Shown here one piece after another: positions 40,600-51,160 of a stretch of DNA of 64,000 bases (positions within the stretch are counted from its first letter, which is position 1; each line of letters opens with the position of its first letter). Location: contig OZ024740.1 in the NCBI GenBank assembly GCA_964016885.1, positions 62,124,001 to 62,188,000 of the forward strand, in the 5' to 3' direction. This DNA comes from Eledone cirrhosa (lineage: Eukaryota). The position numbers and the translations under genes are program-made. The notes beneath the pieces are model-generated. The model was not told the DNA's origin. It worked only from the letters and a program-made list of their open reading frames with translations, and did no database searches.

Positions 40600-40915
40600 T
40601 TTCACTTGTCCTTTATCTTCCCTTGTCTTGTATTTTCACTTGTCCCTTGCCTCCACTCATCTCTTGCCTTCACTTGTCCCTCACCACCACTCGTCCCTTG
40701 CCTTCACTCGTCCCTCACCACCACTCGTCTCTCACCACCACTCGTCTCTTGCCTTCACACTTCTCTTGCCTTCACACTTCTCTTGCCTCCACTTGTCTCC
40801 CACCTTCACTTGTCTCCCACCTTCACTTGTCTCCCGCCTTCACTTGTCTCCCGCCTTCACTTGTCTCCCGCCTTCACTTGTCTCCCACCTTCACTTGTCT
40901 CCCGCCTTCACTCAT
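40600..40915 (+). repeat. 17-bp minisatellite (ccttcacttgtctccc[a/g])n
   Basis: About 6-7 near-perfect units at 40803-40910 preceded by degenerate variants. Confidence 0.9.
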
Positions 40916-41404
40916 CTGATATGTAACGTAGCTTCATAGTGCTGCACAGTTGTCAGCAATGTCAATGTGGGAAGGTTTATGACATATGGACAATATAACA
41001 CCAAAACTATCAATATTCTGTAATAATATACTCTACTGAAATCACGATTTTAAAAGCAAAACATATTTTGTTCATTTCCCATGAAAATTTAAGAATGGCA
41101 TGATATGCATAGACTGAAAACCCCCACCATCACCTGCCTTTTCATACTTTTTAAATCTCTCTTTTCATGTTTGCATGCGTTGCCGTCCCCCTTTTGTTCT
41201 CTCCAGAGATCTGCTTTTACCACTTCTGCTAAACTCTGCCTTAGCTTCTTTCCTCTTAGAAAATGTGCCACTTCTTCAGCTATATTATAATATACATTTT
41301 CTTATCACAATACATAAATATATTAGAGGTAATCAGTGGCTGATTAATTGATATCAGCCAATAAGGAAAGGCTGATAAATTGGTAATGAACCAATCTGCT
41401 TATT

Positions 41405-41820
41405 GGTACATCCCTATGAACGAAAGGTCGGTTGTATGATGCCTGTGTGAGATGCGCGATGCTGTATGGTAGTGAAACATGGGCAACAACTGTGGAGGAT
41501 ATGTGAAGGCTGGAGAGAAATGAAGCAAGCATGCTTCGATGGACATGCAGTGTATAAGAGAGATAAAATGTAGTGTGTGGGAGAGAAGACTGCGTTGGTA
41601 TGGCCATGTGATGCGCATGGAAGATGACCGCTGAGTGAAGAAGTGCCAAGAAATCCCGGTGGAAGGAAGATACAGTAGAGGAAGACCACGAAAAACATGG
41701 GTGGAAGTGGTGAGAGTTGACCTCAGGTTGCTGAAGCTCACAGAAGAGATGATGAAGGACCATGACGAAGATGCTGTGCTGAAGAGCCCGTTCCAGATGT
41801 AAAATAATGATGATGAAGAT
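41405..41820 (+). mobile_element. RTE C-terminal fragment with (gat)n tail
   Basis: GRLYDACVR, GSETW, ERNEASMLRW, RRLRWYGHVMR and RGRPRKTW readable. Confidence 0.85.
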
Positions 41821-41824
41821 ATAT

Positions 41825-42171
41825 CATTTCATTCATCATCATTTCATTTTACGTCCGCTTTTTCCCTGCTTGCAAGGGTGGGACGGGAACTGATGCTGGC
41901 TTGATTTCTACAGCTGGATGCCCTTCCTAACACCAACCTCATTTACAGTGAGTGCTGGGTGCATTTTTGCTGTGGCAGCTCCACGACCACTTTGCAGTGG
42001 AATGATAGGGACCCCAATCCCTATCATCTCATTTCTACAGCTGAGTAAACTGGAGCAATGTGAAATAAAGTGTCTTGCTCAAGGAAACAACACATCACCC
42101 AGTCTGAGAATTGAACTCACAACCTTTCAATTGCAAGGCCAATGCTCTAACCACTAAGCCATGTGCCTCCA
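41825..42171 (-). mobile_element. SINE-R copy
   Basis: Near-identical; tail-to-tail with the RTE fragment at 41405-41820. Confidence 0.9.
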
Positions 42172-42241
42172 TATATATATATATAATCCTCCATATATAT
42201 ATATATATATAATATTAATCAGATTATGTATATATAATATA

Positions 42242-42826
42242 CTAGCAGTGGTACCCGGCGTTGCACGGGATAAGGTATTGTGAAATATATAACCGCCTTA
42301 GCTAAGCTTAGTATTGCCACAACCATGGCTGGCAAAGAAGTAAGAGTCTGGTGGTACGTAAGTAAGCAACACTGTGGCTTAAAACGTGAGGAAAAATTTG
42401 TGTGCACTTACCAACTGTTTGGAGAATGAGTGTGAGATTTGTCTTGAGCAAGGGTGGCAGAATAACCGGAGGCAGCAGACAGCCAGACATACAGACATAT
42501 TATAAAGGTGCGTTCTGGACACAGAGCGAATTGTAGGAAGTGACGTAATGTAGACAGCCAGACATACTGACAGACATTATAAGGGCGTGACGTTATATGT
42601 ATGTATCTATCTAAAAAGAGAAAGACTAAGAATTATAGAGAGAGATCGCTAAATCGCCTAATGCGGTCCCTAGGGCATTGAAAATTTGAAATTTTTTTGC
42701 TCAGAACATTCCCTGAAACATAAGTATTACACATGTAAAGTTTGAAAACAGTCGGTTGGGTGCTTCTCGAGTTTTAGGGATTCAAACTCACACACACACA
42801 GACATCCTCAGTTTTATATATAGAGA
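42242..42826 (-). mobile_element. Non-autonomous Helitron
   Basis: Minus strand begins A|TCTCTATATATAAAAC, has a GC hairpin cccgtgcaacgccggg (42254-42269) 8 nt before terminal CTAG|T, and has no TSD. Confidence 0.8.
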
Positions 42827-42928
42827 TAATTGTTTCTACTTTTGGCACAAGGCCAGCAATTACCCAGTGTATTACTGGTACTTTATTTTATCGACCCCAT
42901 AAGGATGAAAGGCAAAGTTAACCTCGGA
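42827..42928 (-). mobile_element. 5'-truncated SINE-M copy
   Basis: Matches the 3' 100 nt of 28325-28504. Confidence 0.8.
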
Positions 42929-43260
42929 ATGGTAATGAAATATATACAACAGTAATGATAGAAGTAAATTATGAAATGTTGACTTATACCTCTTGCTTAT
43001 ATATATATATATATATATATACTCATCATCATTTAACATCCATTTTTCCATATTGTAGAAGTCATTTTAGCCATCCAAGAAACAGACAAAAAAAAGACAA
43101 AAAAAAAACAAACAACTGTTAAATTCACTTTACATTTATCACTTATTCTTTGGTGTGAAAATTTTCACCCACCACTGTTTGAGATCTGTTTATTGACAAA
43201 ATTCCACAGTAACTCTCTCTCTGTATGTAAGTATGTATGATGTGTGTGTGTGTGTGTATG

Positions 43261-43277
<17 letters not shown>

Positions 43278-43298
<21 letters not shown>

Positions 43299-43500
43299 GG
43301 AAAAAATATGACCCCGACGGCAGAGCTCAAGCCGTTTCGACGGCTATTTCTGGACTGAAATAGCGTCCAGAAATAGCCATCGAAACAGCTTGAGCTCTAC
43401 CGTCGGGGTCATACTTTTTAATATTACCCACTCTACTACCCTAAGTATTGAGTACTCTGGTGCGTTATGGTCCATCTGGTTCCTTACCACAATTCCTTTT
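43278..43500. mobile_element. Fold-back Penelope-pLTR-like element in (TA)n carrying the 3' half of a hammerhead; single-arm copy at 37971-38040
   Basis: Arms of about 60 bp (43288-43344 vs 43356-43412), containing GAAACGGC..GCCGTC|GGGGTC. Confidence 0.6.
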
Positions 43501-43770
43501 ATATATATATATATATGTGTGTGTGTGTTATTTATTCAACACAGTACTGAAAAGGTGGAATGGTTTTGGCTGGAATATCTTTGACCAAAGATCTGCTTGA
43601 TCAATATTCAACAACACACTGTAGTAACCTTTAGTGAAATAGGATAAGACATCATTAGTATTGATGTGTTTCCTCACCCATACAACAGTGTCACTTCCAG
43701 ATGGTGGGAGATTATTATTGGCTGAAATATAATGTAAATACAAATAGAAAATGAGGTTAACCTCTTTGTT

Positions 43771-45596
43771 ATAATAATAATAATGAAAATATTGTGTACA
43801 GTGTTCAGGTGCACTACAACTCATCAAAAGTGTATGTATAGTACATAGGGTAATGTACAAACATCAGGAAAATGAACAGTGCATGAGTCATAATATACAT
43901 ATGTGTGCGGAAGAGAGACATCAGGTGTAGTTTTGGCGAATTTCGGGAAGCATGAGGGTTTTAAAGGATGCAGTGTCTCGGCAGCTAACAACTGACGCAG
44001 CCAGTTTGTTCCATGCTTCAGCAACTTTAAGCATGAAAAAATGTTTCCGAAAGTCATGGGAGCTGTGCTGTTTTCTGATTTTGTAGGCATGTCCACATGG
44101 AGATCAAAACGGTGCTCAGGGTTGTTGTTGGCGAGATGGTTAATAACTTTGTGGGTGTTTACAAAGTCCATTGCCAGACGTTGGAGCTTTAATGAATCCA
44201 TGCCCAGGGAAGCAAGGCGTTCAGAGTATGGTAGGTGTCTGGTGGAGGGTATGCGCTTGGTTGCATGTTTCTGAACAGTTTCCAGGAAATCAATGTTCTC
44301 AGCAAGATAGGGGTTCCAGACTGATGATGCGAATTCCAAGTGGTCGTACTATAGCTGTATAGAGCTTTAAATAGATCGCTGGAGAGCAGCTAACAAAGGT
44401 CTTGCTGAGTGATGCCAAGAAGACACCCTCGGTCTTCTTGACTATTTTAGAGATGTGCATTGTCCAACGCAAATCACTGCTGACAGTAATGCCCAGGTCA
44501 CGTTCACAAGAGGACTTCTTGATATCAGTGTTGTGGAGGGAGTATGTGGAAGCTGGATTTTTCCTTCCAAAATGCATGGTGGTACACTTGTCCACGGCCA
44601 GCTTCAGTTGCCAGTCCGTGATCCATTGCTGCATTGTGTCCAGGTCTGATTGTAGGAAAGAGTTATAGATTTCAGGATCTGTCCTTTTGATTTCAAGGTA
44701 CAGCTTGATGTCATCTGCATATTTCAGTACTGTGGCATTCTTTAAGTTGGCATCTATGTCATTAATGTATGCAACAAACAAAAGGGGACCAAGAACAGAT
44801 CCCTGTGGTACACCAGATGACATCTCATATGGTGAAGAATGCTGTCCTAGAACCGTGACTACCTCTTTTCGGCTGAGAATGAAGGATTTCAACTAGTTAA
44901 AAAGATCATCCTTCACACCCATTGCAGAGAGTTTTGCCATAAGTCTTTTGTGTGGCACAGAATTAAAAGCCTTAGCGAAGTCAAGGTAAACAACATCCAC
45001 CCATGAGCTGCTGTCAGTGATCTGGGTAATGTCTTCAAGGAACTCGATAAGCTGATCACAGCAGCTGGAGTTAGGGATAAATCCAAATTGCGAGGGCAGG
45101 ATGAGGCTGTGAGAGCTCCAGAAGTTCCAAAGTGTTTCTCTGACACAGGATTCCATCAGTTTGGCAATACAGCTAGTAAGACTGACTGGACAATAGTTGA
45201 CAAGTGACGTGCGGTTGCCCTTTTTGAACAGGGGAATGATACTGGCAGTTTTCCACTGCTCCGGAGTAGCACCATTGTTGAGACAGTATTGAAAGAAGAA
45301 AGAAAGCTGGTGCAAAAGGAAGTAATCGCCACGTTAGAGAAGCAGGTATGTAACACCATCAAGACCAGGGGAGGTATAGTTGCGCTTATTCTTAAGGTGA
45401 TGTCGCAGCATTGCAGGTGTAAATTCCATAGTTGTTATGGAATTTGATGTTAGAGATGGTGGAGATGGTATATTCTGGTTTTCAACAGTAAAACTGCTTG
45501 CATAGCACTCAGCAATGAGTTCTGCGCATTCTTTGGGATCGTCAGTAAAAATGCTTGCATAGCACTCAGCAATGGGTTCTGCGCATTCTTTGGGAT
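43771..45596 (-). mobile_element. 5'-truncated CR1/L2-group LINE (RT and C-terminus), frameshifted
   Basis: SPGLDG, PVSLTS, QFGF, YLDFAKAF, SGVPQGSVLGPLLF, YADD, ERDLGI, VWNPY and PYSERL motifs; (att)n tail near 43771. Confidence 0.93.
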
Positions 45597-46830
45597 TTTC
45601 TAATGAAAGACCCCGCTTATGATTTTTCAAATCATTTAAAAAATAATCAATAATTTGGAGCGATATACTATCTTTCTCCTTATTAAGCAGCTGTTTGAAA
45701 CACAACTTTACAAAAGTTGCTAATTACGATGGAAGTTTTTTTTAAAATAAATATAAACACTTTAAAATAATGATGGATATTAGTTTTGTCAATCAGATAA
45801 GTCTGCAGCTCTATCTCTCTAGCTGACTTTCAGTTTGTTATCTTGCTTCTATTCGGAACCATGCTCAAAGGAATTACTATTCTGAATCAAATCAATCTTG
45901 TATGCAATATATTCACAGTCTGATACTGTGACATCTGTTGCATTTATTTACTAAACTTGTGAGTTTTTATTTTATTTTTATTTATTTTAATCTGTAGTCT
46001 TATAATGTTTAGTCTTTATTGAGCATGAAAAACATGGCCAGAAGTTGAGTAACTGTTTAATTATTCAGTCAAAGAATCTAACTTTTGAAGTCAATTCTGT
46101 AAGTTGAGGTATGTCTATGTGGTTAAGAAGGTTGCTTTGCAACTATATACTTTCAGCTTCCATCCAACTGCACAGCACTTTGGGCAGGGGTTTTCTGCTA
46201 TAGCCTCCAGCTATATGGAATTTGGTATATGGAAACTGTAAAGAAAGAGCCCATCATATATATCATCGACTAACGTCTATCTTCCACGCTAGCATGGGTT
46301 AGACAGGTTTGTCCCATTTAGAGGCAAGTTGGGTCGGGTGACTGTATCTCACTCATATAGGAGTGTTTCTGGCTGGATGCCCTTCCTAACGCCAACCACA
46401 TTGACTGTGTGTGCTGGGGGTTTTTTGCTGTGTCTTTTACACGTCCACTTTACAGTGTGGGCTGGGTGCTTTTTGTTGTGACACCTACACATTGACCTTA
46501 CATTGTGGGTGTTAAGTAGCAAGTGATGTCCTTTGTTTATGTCCTGTATAATCCATATATCCCATGACAAAGCAGTTTGACGAAGATGAGTGGTATATAT
46601 GTGGGTTGGCATCAGGAAAGGCATCCAGCCATAGAAAAACTGGTTCAAAAGGTTTCATGTAACCCACATAGAAAATCAGATGTAAAAATAGTGGCTGTTG
46701 TGATGATGATGATGCCTAACCATATCTGAATATCAACCCATTTAAACAATCAACTGATAATGTATTAGAAAATTAATTTGAAATCCATCATGTTTACAAT
46801 ACAATTTGAGAAATATAATCTCTCAAATAC

Positions 46831-47217
46831 ACCTCTCAAAGACAATGACACACGACCGTGACTTCTGGCGTCACGCAGTAATACAGAGTACCCGACCTCC
46901 CATGGGTACAAGCTGAATCATATAGACAATATGCCCCCACACCCCCCACCGCAAGGTGGTCGTGGAGGTGCCACGGCAAAAAAGCACCCAGCCCACACTG
47001 TAAAGTGGACGTGTAGGCGCCACGAAAAAGCACCCAGCACTCACTGTAAATGAGGTTGGTGTTAGGAAGGGCATCCAGCTGTAGAAATCAAGCCAGATCA
47101 GTTCCTGTATGAGCAAGGCATGGTCAGCCAACCAGACACTGCCCACAACAGGACAACCCGTCTAACCCATGCTCGCATGGAAAAACGGACGTAAAACGGT
47201 GATGATGATGATGATGA
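46831..47217 (+). mobile_element. 5'-truncated RTE family A 3' end
   Basis: Reverse complement of about 34940-35320; ends aaaacggtgatgatgatg. Confidence 0.9.
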
Positions 47218-47849
47218 ATCTACGTCGTTCAGTTAATTTTTAAAATAGTGAAGGATGTTGAGTTTAATAAATAACTGACATCTCTATTATTAAGCTTGTG
47301 TTTAGAATGTAACAAGGATCAATAGAAGGCTTAGAGTGAAATGTAAACACTTTAAGATGGTCAATTATATATAAAAAAAGGAAGGGCAGTTTCAGGTAGG
47401 TTGGTATAAAAAGGGTTGATGGAAATGACTGGGGTGAGGTCGGGTGGGTGAAACTTTTTGAATTAAAAGGGAAGAAAACTGTAATGCCTTTTCATTTGAT
47501 TAATTTTTGCAAAGTATTCTTAGGAACAATATTCTTTTATTATTTTGCTGACTAAAGCCATGCTAAAACACAGTACTTATTTTTTTAAAATAGGCTGGTT
47601 CTTAATGTATCTCTCTATTTGTCAATCTGCTGAGTTATGAAACATAAAATACAGACACATACAAACATACATATATAGACTGGCTTCCATGCAGTTATTG
47701 TCTATCAAATTTAACTGACAAGGCATCGATTAACTTGAGGATATAGTAGAAGACTCATGAGCTATGGTGCCACACAGTAAAACTGATCATGTGATTGTGA
47801 AGCAAACTTCTTAATTACACAGTGATGTATATTACTTACTTGCATGTGA

Positions 47850-47958
47850 GTTCAAATCCCACTGAGGTTAACTTTGCCTTTCATCCTTACGGGGTCGATA
47901 AAATAAAGTACCAGTAATGTACTGGGTAATTTCTGGCCTTGTGCCTAAAGTAGAAACA
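47850..47958 (+). mobile_element. 5'-truncated SINE-M copy
   Basis: 19-bp TSD attacttacttgcatgtga at 47831-47849 and 47959-47977. Confidence 0.9.
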
Positions 47959-50448
47959 ATTACTTACTTGCATGTGATTAAGTACCTACCTGATCTGTAA
48001 CAACTCCTACAATCCATGCCAGTATGGAAAACAGATGAAAATGATAATGATGACCATGATTATTATTATTATTTATGATATCATCTCTATCAATGTAATC
48101 AGCTCTTTCACTTGCACTGACCAATATAGCTCTCCTCTTATCCATCTGCAATCTCATTTCATTTACATACATTAATGGAAATGATTTGAGAAACTGACAA
48201 GAGAGTATTATATGCATTGATTGGTGCTTACAATAGAGAAATGATTCTGTTGGAATTGACATCTGATGAGAATGGATTATGTATTGCCGGGTGAAAAAAA
48301 ATAATGTAAGCAAATGGTAAGTGATAGGTGAGATGAAGAATAAGATAAGGTAATTAGGTAAGGATTCTATAGAACAAAATGACAAAGGATAGAGATATGT
48401 GGAGAGTTGTAGTCATATAAATATGCCAGTCCATGCTGTCTTGTTTAAAAGAAAAAGTCTTTTAAAAAAAAGATTACTAGTGATAATGGTGGTTAATTTA
48501 CATGACTAATGCAGTCTCTGAGTATATAGTTTTGGTTTTTAACTTAAATGTGGTTTCTATCAGGTTTATTATATAACCTAACATGTATACAGTTCCAAAG
48601 AAAACATAGTCTACTGGTTAGGTTGTTGATCTCATAAATGTATGATCATGGGTTTCATTGAGCAGGGCACTTCATTTCATGTTGCTCTAGTCTATTCAAA
48701 AGAAAATGAGTACCAGTAGAAGCTGAGGTTTATGAGAAAAATTTAGTTCTCTCTCTCTCTCCATACCCAGGCACACACTTCTATGTGTCTGTCTCTATAC
48801 TTACATCTACACTCCTAAGGAAATAGTGTTGTTTGCTTATGTCCTGCAACATTCAGGGTGCCTTCCTATTACCAACCAACTTATAGAGTGTATCTGGTAC
48901 TTTACAATGCTCTATCACTAGAGAGGTTGCTGGTCATAGTCCCAATTGAAGAGCCCTCTCTGCTCTATGGAGTTGGGGGGGGGGGGGGGGGGGGGTTAGA
49001 ATGAAGTTATGTGTATGGCGGATGTGAAGATTTGACAGGATGATGAGTAAACAGAAGGGGTTGCTGATAGTATAGGGATAGAAGTGATGTATTAGGGTGG
49101 TGGTGGATGGTGTGGTCAATAGCGCATGGAGGTGTAGTGATGGAGAAATAACTAAGGGGTGGTAGTGGAGGAGTGCACAAGAGTAGAGAGAGTAGGGTGC
49201 AATAGTGAAGGTACTTCAGGGCTTTAGAGCCAAGAGTAGCGAAGGAATTGTACTGGTGCAGGCATGTATGGGGAGGTGCAATGGTGGTGAGGATAGTTGC
49301 TGGGGAATGTTAGTTGAAGTGGAGGCACAGAGATAGGTCAGGTCACATTGTATGCTGATGACTTGGTCTTTATCAGCACAGCATAGAGCCAGTCCTCGAG
49401 GTCCTTTGTCATCTCTGTTGAGTGGCTTAGTTTAACAGAAATGTTGGTCAATTGATTTAATCAATGGTCTATGTCACCACAATTGTTGATGTATGATTGA
49501 AGTAGGGAAGTGATTTCCTCAAAGCATTGGTATTGTGTGAATTGACCAACAAAGAAACTAGACTGCTATAATTATATATTTATTTTTAGCCATAAAATAT
49601 AATGTATTCAAGTGACAAACAGTGACACAACAGGAATATGCAACACTTCAAAATAACAACGAGCATAATGCTTTCATCAACATATTAGTAAAACAGAGAA
49701 TTCAGAGAGAAGAAAATCCTTTTCTTGGATTGTACATATATTTAGATGTAGTGAAACTTGTAAGCATAATGTATCAGAGAGACAGATTGAATGTGTTGAG
49801 ATGCAATACAAATATTGCATTGGCCTTTTGGCATATTCACTAACCTGCTGGCATGGCTTAGCAATTGGCCACTGCTACAGCTAAAGTCTATTGCTAAGTG
49901 AGAGACATTGGTGCTGACACTTCCCCCTACATGTCGACAATTTTTGTCAGACAAATATGGCATATATGAAAATATGTTGACCCCCCCCCCCCCCTCTCTC
50001 TCTCATGTATATATGAAATCATCGTCGTTTAACATCCGCTTTCCCCCGCGAGCAAGTTTTGTTATAAAAGCATCTTTGTTCTAATTTAAGAAAAGTAAAA
50101 AAATAAAAAATGTAACCAACCCACCTTTTTGTTTGATTGCTGATTAATTACACTATACCTCTTACTGAAAATATTGATTTTTATGAAACACTACACTATC
50201 TTCTGTTCTGTGTCTTTATTATTACCATCATTGACCATTCATTCATTCACTCATTCATTCAGAATGTGAAGTTCTACTAGTCAATAACTTTGTTTTCTTG
50301 TTTAGTTTTTGTGCTGCTGCCACCGTTCCATACAAATACTTCCTCTTCCACCTTCCCTCTGTCTCTATCTTTTCCTTCCCTTCCACCATCTTATTCCTGT
50401 GATTTGTTTCATTAGCCACTTTTATGACTATTAATAATGTTGCCGTGA

Positions 50449-50720
50449 AGGTGTGTGGTTTAGTGATTAAAGTGTTTGGCTCATGATCATAAGGTCACGA
50501 GTTCGAATCCTAGCAAGACATTTTATTTCACATTACTCCAGTCCACTCAGTTGGCAAAAATGAATTGTACCTGATTTAAAAGGGCCAGCCTTCTTACACA
50601 CATTATTGCACTGAATCTCCCTGAGAGCTAGGTTAAGAATTCATGTGTCTGTAAAATACTCAGCCACTCACATATTAATTTCACAAGCAATTGGAACAAT
50701 CATTGTTGGAATCTATGGAA
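50449..50720 (+). mobile_element. Older tRNA SINE with SINE-R-like head/body but a different 3' module
   Basis: tggtttagtg..gagttcgaatcc..gcaagacattttatttcacattactccag, then a body also seen at about 40160-40270. Confidence 0.7.
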
Positions 50721-51160
50721 GGCCTCCACACACAATAACTGTTTTCTTCTCTTCCCTCTTGTGTAGTTTTTGCTGTTACCTCTGTTCCATACAAAGTAAT
50801 TCCACTTCAAGCTCCCTATTTATCTTTTCCTCCCATTCCACAACTTAACTCATATTTGTATCAACCCATGCCAGTGTGGAAGAGCATGCTAAATGATTAT
50901 GATGATCTGTTTACATTTCATATGCATTTGTGTGTGTGTGTGTGTGTGTCAATCAATCAATCAATCTTTATTATTTCAAATGAAATAATAGAACACAGAG
51001 CAATATATGCACATACATAAACTTTATTAAAATAATATCATAATGTCATGAGCGAGATAAAATAAGAGCTGCCCAAGTGTTTCTATCATTGGCTTTTTCC
51101 TGAATTGCGGTGGCTTTTGTATTCAGTGTGTATGTATATATATATATATATATATATATA

